Source: an uncultured Chloroflexia bacterium
Lineage (GTDB): Bacteria > Chloroflexota > Dehalococcoidia > DSTF01 > WHTK01
Reading direction: 5' to 3'
DNA: 64,000 nucleotides
Assembly: GCA_963768705.1 (NCBI GenBank)
Contig: CAVYJE010000001.1
Span: 65,122 to 129,121 of the forward strand
Shown here: piece by piece, positions 49,793 through 59,774 of the stretch
How positions within the stretch are numbered: the stretch's first letter is position 1
Layout: each line of letters begins with the position of its first letter
Position numbers and translations under genes: made by a program
The notes under the pieces: model-generated
What the model was told of the DNA's origin: nothing
The model's input: only the letters and a program-made list of their open reading frames with translations
The model's database searches: none

Positions 49793-49816
49793 TGCGTCCT
49801 CCTACCGGACCGCGCC

Positions 49817-50176
49817 CTAGGCGCCGTCGTTGCTTCTGGACTGCTCTTCTGCCATCGTACGCACCCGGGTCAGTGGTTGCTTGTGGATCGCGCGCAGCCT
49901 CGGGTTGCCGTTGACGCGCTCGAGCCGGTTGAGCATTTCGAGCACTTCAGCCTCCTTGCCGAGCGCCTCGATGGTGCCGTCGCTCAGGCCCTGCTCGGCC
50001 GCGGCCAGGAAGAGCGCTTCCTTGTCACCGAAGCGCTGCGTCAGGTCATCCCAAGTCATGCCGGTGGCCGTTTCGAGCTCGCCGAGCGGGATGGCGTGAA
50101 AGCCGTGGGTGAGGAAGGCGCCCAGAGCGCTCCGCAGCAGAAGCCGCTGCTCATCCTCTGTTTCACCCACCGTCAC
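49817..50176 (-). CDS. short TetR/AcrR-type HTH protein (~119 aa, lacks a full ligand-binding domain)
   Basis: EQRLLLRSALGAFLTHGFHAIPLGELETATGMTWDDLTQRFGDKEALF. The GTG overlaps the SDR stop (GTGA). Confidence 0.55.
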   Translation of the reverse strand: MTVGETEDEQRLLLRSALGAFLTHGFHAIPLGELETATGMTWDDLTQRFGDKEALFLAAAEQGLSDGTIEALGKEAEVLEMLNRLERVNGNPRLRAIHKQPLTRVRTMAEEQSRSNDGA

Positions 50177-50926
50177 GGCATCAAGGCTCCACCGTTCATG
50201 AAGATCGCCTGGCCGGTAATGTAGCGCACGTCCGGTCCGCAAAGCATGCGCACCATCGCCGCGATTTCTTCCATCTTGCCGAGGCGCCCGAGCGGCGTCG
50301 TGGCGGTGGCGTGCACCAGCTCGCCATCCGGCCGCAGGGTGTCGACCACCCAGGGCACGACCGTGTTCACCGTGATGTTGTAGGGCGCCAGGTCCAGCGC
50401 CATCGCCTTGCTCATGCCGATCACGCCCATCTTGGCGGCGCCGACGTGGGCGCTCTGGCGGGCGCCCTGATGTGCCGCCTGCCCGCCGATGTTGACGATG
50501 GCGCCTCCGCCGGCCGCCTTCATGTGCGGTACGGCAGCGCGGGCGCACAGGAAGGCGCCGTCCAGGATCACGGACGTGGCCTGGCGCCACTGCTCGTAGG
50601 TCATCTCATCGAACGGCGCTCGGGCACGGGCCGTGTGGTTGTTGACGAGGAAGTCGAGCCGGCCGAAACGGGCGACCGTCTCGGCGAACATGGCTTCGAC
50701 CGCCTCCGGGTCGCTGACGTCCGCCAGGTAGTACGCCGCCGTGCCACCGGCCGCCTCGATCAGGCGCTACGGTCTCCTTCGCGGCGTCCTCGGAGGTGCG
50801 CGCGTTGACCATGACGCTGGCGCCGCCTGCCGCTAACGAGCGCGCGATCGCCCGTCCGATGTTGCGTGCGGCGCCGGTCACGAGCGCCACTTTGCCCTCC
50901 AGCTCGTCGCCCGGTCTCAACGTCAT
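50173..50926 (-). pseudogene. short-chain dehydrogenase/reductase (FabG-like), apparent frameshift near 50762-50768
   Basis: [17 protein letters not shown] is in the upstream frame. [41 protein letters not shown] continues after removing one C. The usual YxxxK appears as HVGAAK, so the catalytic Tyr is not evident. Confidence 0.75.
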
Positions 50927-50933
50927 CGGTGGC

Positions 50934-51950
50934 TCACTTTCCAGTCGAGAGGGCGCGCGCCTTCTCGATTAGCCGGTCTTCGTGGCTGAAGTCGATCTCG
51001 ATCTTGTCCAGGACGCCTTCGCGCAGGCACCACTCGAACGTCTCGGTCATGCCTGCCCTGAACGAGTGCTCCTGCGCGTAGCCGACGTGCGCCTCGAACT
51101 TGCGTGTCGAGAACAGCGAGTTCTCCCGCCAGTCCACCAGGCGCACGCCGTGGCGTTGCATGATCGGGTACGGCATCGTCGCGTAGGCCTCGTCCGTCAG
51201 CGCCGCTCCCAAGAGCAGCTTGTCCGGCTCCACGCCTGCGATGTCTGCAAGCGTGTCTACGTAGCCCTCGTCGCTGATGTACTCGGTCGAAGCCATGTTG
51301 TAAGCCTGCCCGAACGTGCGCGGGTTCAGCATCATCGTGACCAGCGCTTTCGCCTGGTCGTGCACGTAGCTCAGGTGGCTCAGGGTCGTACCGTCGCCGG
51401 GGATCAGGATCGGGCGTCCGTCCAGCAGGCGCTTGAACATCAGCGCCTCGCGCACGGGGCTGAAGTTGCGTGGGCCGTAGACCATCGGGTAGCGCGTGAT
51501 CGAGGCCGGGAAGCCGTGCTCGCGGTGCTGGGCGACGAGGTAGCGCTCGCAAATCGACTTGTTGCGCCCGTAGTTGTTGCTGGCGTCCTCGCTCTCGTTG
51601 TGCGGGTAGTCCTCCGCGATCGGCAGGATCGTATGCTTCGGCTCGTAGACGGCGCAGGAGCTGGCGAACACGTAGTGTCCGATGCGGCCCCGAAAGATAT
51701 CGACGATGCTCTGAACGTCTTCGAGGACGTAGGCGCTGGTGTCCTGGACCACATCGAACTGCAGGCCCTGCAACCCCTCGCGCAGACCGGCCACGTCCTT
51801 GCGGTCGCCGTGAAGCTGGCGCACGCCCCGAGGCAGGTCCAGGTTTGTGATGCCGCGATTGAAGGTCGTGACGTTGTGTCCGGCCTTCACCAGCGCCTCC
51901 ACAAGCGCGAGGCCGTTAAACCGGGAGCCCCCCATGACCAGGACGTCCAT
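50934..51950 (-). CDS. NAD-dependent epimerase/dehydratase family protein
   Basis: [33 protein letters not shown]. Confidence 0.8.
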   Translation of the reverse strand: MDVLVMGGSRFNGLALVEALVKAGHNVTTFNRGITNLDLPRGVRQLHGDRKDVAGLREGLQGLQFDVVQDTSAYVLEDVQSIVDIFRGRIGHYVFASSCAVYEPKHTILPIAEDYPHNESEDASNNYGRNKSICERYLVAQHREHGFPASITRYPMVYGPRNFSPVREALMFKRLLDGRPILIPGDGTTLSHLSYVHDQAKALVTMMLNPRTFGQAYNMASTEYISDEGYVDTLADIAGVEPDKLLLGAALTDEAYATMPYPIMQRHGVRLVDWRENSLFSTRKFEAHVGYAQEHSFRAGMTETFEWCLREGVLDKIEIDFSHEDRLIEKARALSTGK

Positions 51951-51981
51951 CGCTACCTCCCGCGTATCGAGACGGCGTCCG

Positions 51982-53367
51982 TCAGGACGCGATCGTCAGC
52001 TTGATCAGTGCGTCGGCCCGGTCCAGCGTATCGAGGTTGCGGCAGGCGTCGATGAGCTGGTCGAACTGCGCTTCGCTAATCGGGATACCGGGCGTGATGT
52101 CCTTGATCCGCCGAACCTCCTCCTCGAAGTCCCACATGAACTCGCGCCCCGTCGCCGCTTTCGTGTGCTGCTTGCCGTCCTTGGTGTAGATCGTCACCGT
52201 CGGCCCGAACAGGGTCTGGGTCTTCGAGGGGATGATCGTCACGCGCTGCATGAGGTCCAGGACCTCCGGCGGGTCGGAGTCGGACGGGCGGTCCTGCAGC
52301 ATGGGGTACATGCGCTTGGCGGCGCCCCAGGCGGAGAAGTAGTGGGTGCTGCCGGGGCGCGGCTGGTTGTCCATCAGGCGCGACGGGAAGGCCGGACTCG
52401 GGTAAAGCGTCTCCATCCAATGCACGGTGGACTCGATGCGATCGATGTCCTCGTACTCGATGCCGTCTTCCGCGCAGAGGGCGGCGGTGACGTCGACGTG
52501 GGCGATGTTGTAGCCCGGCGTCGAATAGATGCGGTACAGGGTCTCGAGGAACTGCCAGCGCTCGCCCAGCCCTTCCGTCACCGATTCGAGGCTGGTCTGC
52601 TCCGGGCCGGCGAAGACATAGGGCTGCTTGCCCGTGTTCGTGCCGGCGTAGGAGTGGTAGAAGCCAGCCTGGCCTTCCAGGACGGTTTCGCCGCCCTTCA
52701 TCCCCTGCTTGGCCAGCGCCACCGCCAGCAGCCCATTGCGCACGGAGCCGCCCTCGCGCAGGGAGCGACCGCCGCTGCGAGCGCCCTCCAGGTTGCCGGC
52801 CGCCAGGTTGACGCACTGGGCGATGGCGCCGTGGATCTGCTCCGCGTCCATGCCCTGGATCTTCGCGGCCGCGATTGCGGCGCCGAAGATGCCGAACACC
52901 GGCCCGGCGTGGAAGCCGCGCGACATCAGGGTCGGGATGTAATCGGCGGCCATGCGCTCCATGACCTCGTAGGCGGCGACGATACCGGTGAGGTACTGCT
53001 TGCCCGTGGCGCCCTCGAGCTCGGAGGCCACGAAGGCCGTCGGGAGGATGTTGCAGCTCGGGTGAGTGAGCATGCGGAAGGTGTCCCACTTGCCGCCGGC
53101 ATAGATCATCTCCGAATTCACGAAGGCGGCGCCGGCCTTCGTGAGCTTGTCGCCGTGCACGAACACCGTCGCGACGCCGCCCGCAGTGCCTTCCTCCTCC
53201 CGCATCAGCGCCAGCGCCTGCTTGCCCGATGGCATGTTGGCACCCAGCAGCGCCGAGGAGATGCCGTGCAGCGTCACGCCTTTGGCTCTATCGATAACTT
53301 CAGGCGGCAGGTCTTCGTACTTTAGGTTGGCCACCCAGGTGGCCAGTGTGCGGCTTAGAGATGGCAT
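51982..53367 (-). CDS. MmgE/PrpD family protein (2-methylcitrate dehydratase-like)
   Basis: LATWVANLKYEDLPPEVIDRAKGVTLHGISSALLG. ATG 53367 with SD aaggag. Confidence 0.8.
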   Translation of the reverse strand: MPSLSRTLATWVANLKYEDLPPEVIDRAKGVTLHGISSALLGANMPSGKQALALMREEEGTAGGVATVFVHGDKLTKAGAAFVNSEMIYAGGKWDTFRMLTHPSCNILPTAFVASELEGATGKQYLTGIVAAYEVMERMAADYIPTLMSRGFHAGPVFGIFGAAIAAAKIQGMDAEQIHGAIAQCVNLAAGNLEGARSGGRSLREGGSVRNGLLAVALAKQGMKGGETVLEGQAGFYHSYAGTNTGKQPYVFAGPEQTSLESVTEGLGERWQFLETLYRIYSTPGYNIAHVDVTAALCAEDGIEYEDIDRIESTVHWMETLYPSPAFPSRLMDNQPRPGSTHYFSAWGAAKRMYPMLQDRPSDSDPPEVLDLMQRVTIIPSKTQTLFGPTVTIYTKDGKQHTKAATGREFMWDFEEEVRRIKDITPGIPISEAQFDQLIDACRNLDTLDRADALIKLTIAS

Positions 53368-53463
53368 GCGGAGACTCCTTGGCGGATTCTGCGACGGGCG
53401 CGTAATTCGGTAGTGCCCCAGCATGCTGGGGCACTACGGGAGACGAGTTTACGCCGGTCTTGC

Positions 53464-54564
53464 CTACACCGGCAGGCTGTACAGCTCCTTCACGTTCTCG
53501 TACGTGATGGCGCGACGCTCGTCGTCCGGGATGCCGTCGAAGATGTCTTCGAGGACGTCCTGGGAGCGCGGGAAGGTGGAGTCGTGGTGCGGGAAGTCGC
53601 TGCCCCACATGAGGTTCTTGATGCCGATCTCGTGGCGAGTCGCCAGGCCGACGCGGTCGTCCTCGAAGGTCACGGTGAAGTTCTGCTGGAAGTAGTGGGT
53701 GAAGGACTCCGTAGACCAACTGCCCTTGTAGGTCACCCAGTCCATGCGCTGGAGGAAGTGAGCCACCCAGCCGGTCTCCCACTCCGTCGGCACGAACTTG
53801 AGCTTCGGGTGTCGCTCGCATATGCCGCTGCCGATGATGTCGACGATCACGCGCTGGATGGCGAAGGCGGCGAGGCCGTAGCCGGTGCCGTAGCTCATGC
53901 CGTCCGGCAGGCCGTGGTTCGGCTGCGTGGAGGTGAGGAAGTGCATGACCAGGGGTGTGCCGGCTTCCTCCGCCGCGGCCCAGAAGGGCTCGTAGAACGG
54001 GTCTGAGTACGGCTTGTCCTTCGGCGGCACGCAGGGGATGTTCACGCCAACGTGGCCCTGGGCGACCGTGCGCTCCAGCTCCGCGATCGCCATGTCGATG
54101 TCGTGCAGCGGCAGGCAGGAGGTGGGAAATAGGCGCTCCGGCTGGTGCCGCGTGTAGTTGAGCACCCAGTCGTTGTAGTTCTTGTAGGTCGCCGCGATGA
54201 CGTCCTTGTTGTCGATCGTGTTGATGCCCATGAGCACGCTCGGGAGCAGCACCTCGGCGTCGATGCCGTCCAGGTCCTGGTCCTTGATGCGCAGGTCCGG
54301 GTCGAGGACGCCGGGGCGCATCGCCGGGTAGCCCTGCTTCACCATCTCAATCGTCTCGGGGTCGTTGGCGAAGTGGCCGGCAATGCCGAAGCGGCCGATG
54401 TTCACGAAGGCGTTGTGGCCCGGGATGTCGAGCACGGCACCGCGCTCCGGGTCGAAAATGATCTTCGGCGCTTCATCGCCGTAACGCTCCTGCAGGCCGT
54501 TGAAGATCTCGGGTACCTCGAGAATATGCGAGTCGCAGGAAATGCAGGGACCTTCGTAGGCCAT
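53464..54564 (-). CDS. amidohydrolase-2 family protein, paralog A
   Basis: ISCDSHILEVPEIFNGLQERYGDEAP...GRFGIAGHFANDPET...MWGSDFPHHDSTFPRSQ. ATG 54564 with SD gaggagg. Confidence 0.85.
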   Translation of the reverse strand: MAYEGPCISCDSHILEVPEIFNGLQERYGDEAPKIIFDPERGAVLDIPGHNAFVNIGRFGIAGHFANDPETIEMVKQGYPAMRPGVLDPDLRIKDQDLDGIDAEVLLPSVLMGINTIDNKDVIAATYKNYNDWVLNYTRHQPERLFPTSCLPLHDIDMAIAELERTVAQGHVGVNIPCVPPKDKPYSDPFYEPFWAAAEEAGTPLVMHFLTSTQPNHGLPDGMSYGTGYGLAAFAIQRVIVDIIGSGICERHPKLKFVPTEWETGWVAHFLQRMDWVTYKGSWSTESFTHYFQQNFTVTFEDDRVGLATRHEIGIKNLMWGSDFPHHDSTFPRSQDVLEDIFDGIPDDERRAITYENVKELYSLPV

Positions 54565-54709
54565 TGGAGCTCCTCCTCTGCTGGCGGACGTCAATACTGG
54601 TTGCTGATGCTACGAATTCCTTACGCGCACGTCAACCATTCATCATGACAATATGCCAAAACTGGACGTCATCCGCCTTTGGCGATAGCCTGACGGACGG
54701 ATATTCGAT

Positions 54710-55147
54710 ATGACAATCGACGAAGACACGATTCCTCTGGTCACTCGCGAAGAGTTCAACCGCATCGAGTGCAACCGCTGTGGCGTCTGCTGCGAGCGCA
54801 TCCACATGCCCAGCCCCCTCGTGTTGGCGCAGGAGATGGGGCGCTACGCCCTGGACCGCGCTCGATGGCCCCGGGAGGCGATCGAGGCGATGGGGTTAGA
54901 AGACGCCATGCTGGACCGCGAGCGCCTGATCGACTGGTGGTCGCAGTTCATCCCCGTCGAACGCGTCGAGGAGGAAGGCAAGCCGTTGCAGTACCAGTAC
55001 CGCTGCTCGCGCTTCTACAGGGACTTCGAAGGCGCCGGCTCCTGCACCGCCTACGACGACCGGCCGAGCACCTGTCGCAGCTTCCCCAACGGCCGGGTGA
55101 TGAACGCAATCCCGGAGTGCAGCTGGAATGTCCGGGTTATCGACTGA
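54710..55147 (+). CDS. YkgJ-family cysteine-cluster protein (CxxCxxCC)
   Basis: CNRCGVCCE...CSRFYRDFEGAGSCTAYDDRPSTCRSFP. Confidence 0.7.
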   Translation: MTIDEDTIPLVTREEFNRIECNRCGVCCERIHMPSPLVLAQEMGRYALDRARWPREAIEAMGLEDAMLDRERLIDWWSQFIPVERVEEEGKPLQYQYRCSRFYRDFEGAGSCTAYDDRPSTCRSFPNGRVMNAIPECSWNVRVID

Positions 55148-55426
55148 CTGCCGTCGCGCCGGCGGATCGTGTGGCAAACGTGGCAGAACAGTGTCCAACG
55201 CACACCGTTCTTTGGACGTAGACATCCGTATCTTGACAGGGCCTGTACGATTCTGGGACCGTCACCGCTGTCCAGTAGCGGCGGAGATTGGTGCTCCCGG
55301 AGGGGCGGGGCGAGCAGTCCCGCCCCCAGACTTCGATACTCCACCGATCTTGCGCGAGGACGGCAAATGTCACCTGGTTTGGGTGTGGACACGGAGATCC
55401 AAATTACGGAAGTGAACGACCACATG

Positions 55427-55455
55427 TTGACTCATCGAATAACGATGAGTACGTT
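55427..55455 (+). promoter_or_regulatory. promoter candidate with embedded palindromic operator
   Basis: TTGACT (55427-55432), a 17-nt spacer, then TACGTT (55450-55455). The inverted repeat ctcatcg-aataa-cgatgag (55431-55449) overlaps the last 2 nt of the -35 box and fills the 17-nt spacer. Confidence 0.35.
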
Positions 55456-55598
55456 ACGCTCGTCGTATTTCCGGGGTGGTTATTAGTCTCTGGCAATCAT
55501 CGATTGATGAAATGGATTGTGAATAAGGTCTCGATCATTGGTTAGGCGCCCAAAACGGGGCATTCAAGTCGGGTAGCCGACGGACGTGGGAGGTCTAA

Positions 55599-57530
55599 AT
55601 GGCTAATAGCTACTGGGACAAGGTACTGACGCGGCGCGTCGGCAGACGGCGTGCCCTCATGGCGACGGGAGGAACGGCGTTCAGCGCTGCCTTCCTGGCA
55701 GCCTGCGGCGGCGACGATGATGACGGCGGTGCGGCCACTGGCTCGACGAGCTCGGGCAGCACCGGCTCCACCGGCGCTTCTGGTTCCACTGCCTCCTCTG
55801 GGGCGTCCGGTTCCACGGGCAGCACCGGTAGCACCGGTTCGGCAAGCCCGTCGCCGACCTCGGCGCCGAGCTCGCTGGTCGCGCAGCCGATGGACACCAC
55901 CTCGAGCGCAGTCTTCGGCGGCACCTTCATTGGCCAGGCCGATACGGACCCGACGACCTTCGACGTGATCACGGGTCTGCCGGAAGACGTGAACATGGCG
56001 GCCCGGTGCTACAGCCGCATCATCAAGTACAAGAGCTTCAAGTACCCGGACCCGATCCAGCCGGCGGCAGAGCCGGACGCGGCGTCATCCTGGGAGTACT
56101 CCGGCGATGGCACCCAGGTGACATACAAGATCCGGAAGGGCATGAAGTTCGACCCCCGACCACCGACAAACGGTCGCGTGGTGACGGCGCAGGACGTGAA
56201 ATTCTCCTTCGACCGCTTCCTGGAGCTTTCCACGCAGCGCTCGATCTTCGACAACTCGATCGACCCCGATGCGCCCGTGCTCTCGACCGAGGCGGTGGAC
56301 GACGAGACGTTCGTGGTGAACCTGGCGTTCCCTTACGCGCCGTTCGACATGCTAGTCGCCGCGTATCGCTTCATCGCGGTCATGCCGGTCGAGGCGGAGA
56401 GTGACTACGACGTCGCCAACACGATCCGTGGCAGTGGCGCGTACCGGCTGGACAACTTCCAGTCCAGCTCCCGCTACGAATTCGTCAAGAACGAGGACTG
56501 GTACGACGCGGACAAGCTCCACCTCGATGGCATGAACTATGTCGTTTTGCCGGACGCAGCCTCCACCCAGGCTCAGTTCCTGGCCGGCAATGTCTGGTGG
56601 TGGGACGCGTACCCTCAGGACCAGCTGGTCATGACCAAGAAGGACCAGCCCGAATTGCTGATGATCCCGCGCGAGGAGTTCAGTGCCGGCGGGCGTTGGC
56701 TTCGCTTCGGTTACCTGCCGGAGTCGCCGTTCATCGATGAGCGAGTTCGCAAGGCGGCCTCCATGTCGCTGGACCGTGACCTCTTCGTGGACACCTTCGG
56801 CAACGTCGACGTCTTCGCCGCTGAGGGCATCGATGTGCCACGGGCCTGGAACAGCTCGTTGCCTGCTGGCGAGAGCTTCTGGATGGACCCCAAGGACGAG
56901 GCAACGTACGGCGACAGCGCTGCGTTCTACAAGTACGACCCGGCGGAAGCCAAGAAGCTTATCGAGGCGGCCGGCCTCCAGACGCCGGTAGAGTCTCAGT
57001 TCCACTGGCACAGCGGCGGCCTCTGGGGCCCCGGCTTCAACCAGGAGATGGAAGTCCTCCACGCCATGTGGAACGACAGTGGCAACTTCAACCTGGACCA
57101 GAAGACCTACGCCGACTACCGCGCCGAGTTCCAGGGGCCCTTCACCAACGGTGGCGACCAGTGGAACGGCATCGCGGCCGCCGCAACCGCCGCGCGTGCA
57201 GAGCTGGATGCGTTGCTCTTTGAGTACTACTACGGCAATGACCGGCGCTCCGGTCACGTGGACGCAAACGGCAACCCGGACCCGGAGCTCCAGACGCTGA
57301 TCCAGAAGCAGCGCGCGACCCTGGACATCGACGAGCGCCGCTCGATCGTCCAGGACATCCAGCGTAACGTTTCTTCTCACATGTACCTCATGTGGTCGCC
57401 GGGCCAGTGGCTGCCTTTCGACATCGTGCAGCCCCGTCTGCAGAACTTCGGTCTCTGGCGAAGCAAGGCCGGTGGCTCTCAGGACCAGGAGGGTCACGTC
57501 TACTGGTGGAACGACGAGAGCAAGGCGTAG
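55599..57530 (+). CDS. ABC transporter family-5 (peptide/nickel-type) substrate-binding lipoprotein, Tat-type signal
   Basis: RRVGRRRALMATGG..AFLAACGGDDDD, then a G/S/T-rich linker and an SBP_bac_5-like body. Confidence 0.8.
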   Translation: MANSYWDKVLTRRVGRRRALMATGGTAFSAAFLAACGGDDDDGGAATGSTSSGSTGSTGASGSTASSGASGSTGSTGSTGSASPSPTSAPSSLVAQPMDTTSSAVFGGTFIGQADTDPTTFDVITGLPEDVNMAARCYSRIIKYKSFKYPDPIQPAAEPDAASSWEYSGDGTQVTYKIRKGMKFDPRPPTNGRVVTAQDVKFSFDRFLELSTQRSIFDNSIDPDAPVLSTEAVDDETFVVNLAFPYAPFDMLVAAYRFIAVMPVEAESDYDVANTIRGSGAYRLDNFQSSSRYEFVKNEDWYDADKLHLDGMNYVVLPDAASTQAQFLAGNVWWWDAYPQDQLVMTKKDQPELLMIPREEFSAGGRWLRFGYLPESPFIDERVRKAASMSLDRDLFVDTFGNVDVFAAEGIDVPRAWNSSLPAGESFWMDPKDEATYGDSAAFYKYDPAEAKKLIEAAGLQTPVESQFHWHSGGLWGPGFNQEMEVLHAMWNDSGNFNLDQKTYADYRAEFQGPFTNGGDQWNGIAAAATAARAELDALLFEYYYGNDRRSGHVDANGNPDPELQTLIQKQRATLDIDERRSIVQDIQRNVSSHMYLMWSPGQWLPFDIVQPRLQNFGLWRSKAGGSQDQEGHVYWWNDESKA

Positions 57531-57558
57531 AACCGAGCTCCTCACGAGTCACAACAAG

Positions 57559-57592
57559 GAACCGGCCCTCGATTTCGAGGGCCGGTTCTTTG
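57559..57592. terminator. bidirectional rho-independent terminator between the convergent SBP genes
   Basis: 13-bp stem gaaccggccctcg/cgagggccggttc, loop attt, followed by tttg. Confidence 0.8.
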
Positions 57593-57610
57593 CGTTTGCT
57601 TGCTGAGCCG

Positions 57611-59599
57611 CTAGGCCAGCGGCGCCTTGGATTCGTCCACCCACCACTCGCGGCGGCGGTCCACCCAGACACCGGAGTTGGCGTACCAGGCGTAAGCACC
57701 GGCGTTGCCGACGGCGGGCCACCACAGCGTGAAGGTCTTGGCGGAGGATGCCCGCGGGATGTAGTACATGTTCTCCGCCGTGTAGCGGATGAGGTCATGT
57801 ACCAGGTCGATCTGGGCGTCCGTGTCGAACTCCTGCTTGATCTTCACCGTGAGGTCGTTCAGGAAGGGGTCGCCCTCCAGAACGGTGCCACCCTCCGGGA
57901 CAGCACCGCGGTAGCCGCCGCCGTCCTTGTGGAACTGGTTGTAGAGCTGCAGTGCAACGGTGACGTAGCCGCGCTCCGGGATCACCGCGATGCCATCGAA
58001 GCCAGCGCCTGGCTCATAGGTGTTGGTGCGGTAGACGCGGCTGTAGTTGGTGAGCCAGTCGTCAGAGTTGGTGATCGGGGAGAGCTTGGACTTCTGGCCC
58101 GCGTTTCGGAACATGCCGTCGTACAGCTCAACCTGGCGCTCATAGGCGGCGCCGTAGCGTCCCGGCGGGCCCTGGTAGAGGTCGAACTCCAGGCCGTCCG
58201 GGTAGCCCGCGGCGCTCATGAGCGCTTTGGCCTCTTCGACGTTGAAGTTGAGGTACTTCGCCTCGGGGCCGAAGCTGGCCTCGTCGGTCGGGTCCAGCCA
58301 GTAGCCGGTCCAGCCGCCAGGGACAGCGGAGATGCGGCGGATGCTGGTGTCCAGACCTTCCTTTTCAAAGTTTTCCCGATTATCCAATACGTCGATGATC
58401 GCCTCGCGGTCGATCATCATCGAAAGCGCCTGCCGGACACGGACGTCCAGGTAAGGCACGCCGGCCTCCCACCCGAAGGTCGTCATGGCCGTGCTCGTCG
58501 TCGGGTAGTTGTTCTCCTGAAGTAGGAGCGTGTCTGGCGCGTCCTTCTTGGTGACGACGATGTCTTCCTGGACGTTCTCCAGAATGTCGGTGTAGATGTT
58601 GCCGGCCTTGAACTGGGCCAGTCGCTGGGCGTAGTCGCTAACGATCGGCACCTCCACCTTCTCGGGGAAGGGGTGGTCCTTGATGTAGAAGTCAGGGTTG
58701 CGCGCCCAGTTGAAGTGCGAGGACGGGACGTACTCGTCCAGGATGTAGAGGCCGTGGCCGCGAACCGTCTGGCGTGGGTCGAAACCGCCATCGGCTTCCG
58801 TGGGCTGGATGTAGAAGAGGTCATACGCGCTGAACATCGGGATGATCGAAGCGTCGGGTAGGGCCAGCTTGACCACGATGGTCTCGGCGTCGGTGGCCGA
58901 AATCGACTCGACCGGCGACTGGGAGCCGCCGCCCTGGTAGGCGATGGCTGACGAGTTCGGGTTCAGCTCCTTGTACTTCTCCCAGGAGAAGACCACGTCG
59001 TCGGCGTTGATCTGGCGGCCGTTTGTCGGGTCACGGCGGTCCCAGACCATACCCTGGCGAATCTTGAACGTGATCGAGAGGCGATCGGGACTGACTTCCC
59101 AGCTCTCTGCCAATTCGCCTTCTGAGCTGCCATCCGCCTCCCCGGGTACCGGCACTGACTTCATCCGCAGCATGCGTGGGTAGAACAACGAGGAGGAGAG
59201 ACTGACGACCGCGGCTGACGAGTCGGCTACGGAGTCGAAGTGCGTGGCGTCAGCGGCTGAGTAGTGCTTGAGTGTGCCGCCTGGCTTGCCCTGTGTGGCC
59301 GTCGGCGAGTACAGCAGGCCGGACGAGGCCGTACTGCCTGTCGCGCCCGTGGCCCCCGTCGTGCCTGTCGCACCGGTTGAACCCGTTGCGCCGGTAGAGC
59401 CTGTACTGCCCGTGGCGCCGGTGCTGCCGCTACTGCCGCTGCTGCTCGTGGTCGCGGTCGCCGCGGGTGCGTCGTCATCGTCGCCGCCACACGCCATCAG
59501 GAACATGGCGGCGCTGCTGAGACCGGCCGTGCCGGCAACGGCCCGCCGTCGCGTGACCCTCCGCCTGAGAACTTTCGACCAGTAACCTTCCGTTGTCAT
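57611..59599 (-). CDS. ABC transporter family-5 substrate-binding lipoprotein, Tat-type signal
   Basis: RRRVTRRRAVAGTAG..FLMACGGDDDD, then 12 consecutive G-x-(S/T) triplets and an SBP_bac_5-like body. Confidence 0.8.
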   Translation of the reverse strand: MTTEGYWSKVLRRRVTRRRAVAGTAGLSSAAMFLMACGGDDDDAPAATATTSSSGSSGSTGATGSTGSTGATGSTGATGTTGATGATGSTASSGLLYSPTATQGKPGGTLKHYSAADATHFDSVADSSAAVVSLSSSLFYPRMLRMKSVPVPGEADGSSEGELAESWEVSPDRLSITFKIRQGMVWDRRDPTNGRQINADDVVFSWEKYKELNPNSSAIAYQGGGSQSPVESISATDAETIVVKLALPDASIIPMFSAYDLFYIQPTEADGGFDPRQTVRGHGLYILDEYVPSSHFNWARNPDFYIKDHPFPEKVEVPIVSDYAQRLAQFKAGNIYTDILENVQEDIVVTKKDAPDTLLLQENNYPTTSTAMTTFGWEAGVPYLDVRVRQALSMMIDREAIIDVLDNRENFEKEGLDTSIRRISAVPGGWTGYWLDPTDEASFGPEAKYLNFNVEEAKALMSAAGYPDGLEFDLYQGPPGRYGAAYERQVELYDGMFRNAGQKSKLSPITNSDDWLTNYSRVYRTNTYEPGAGFDGIAVIPERGYVTVALQLYNQFHKDGGGYRGAVPEGGTVLEGDPFLNDLTVKIKQEFDTDAQIDLVHDLIRYTAENMYYIPRASSAKTFTLWWPAVGNAGAYAWYANSGVWVDRRREWWVDESKAPLA

Positions 59600-59733
59600 G
59601 GACTCCCCTTTCTGATTCCGGTGGGCCGTTCGCCAGGGATGGCGTCCGGTGTCAGTCGGCGAAGCTCAGTGCCTTCGCAATCGACTAATTCACTTGGTTT
59701 ACTAATCACGAAACAAAATATAAGCGGGGTGTC

Positions 59734-59763
59734 TGGTAGCCGAGCGAACTCGCTCAGCTACCA
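59734..59763 (-). terminator. intercistronic hairpin (terminator or attenuator candidate) between amidohydrolase B and the SBP gene
   Basis: tggtagc-c-gagcg aact cgctc-a-gctacca. There is no clean U-tract. Confidence 0.35.
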
Positions 59764-59774
59764 AACCTTGCCCG

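Noticed and set aside
55725-55856. The G/S/T-coding periodic DNA in the SBP genes as a CRISPR-like or collagen-like feature.
   Set aside because: The period is 9 nt or less and the stretch lies inside well-supported ORFs, so it is not repeat-spacer architecture. The Gly-X-Y run lacks proline and is too short for a collagen triple helix.
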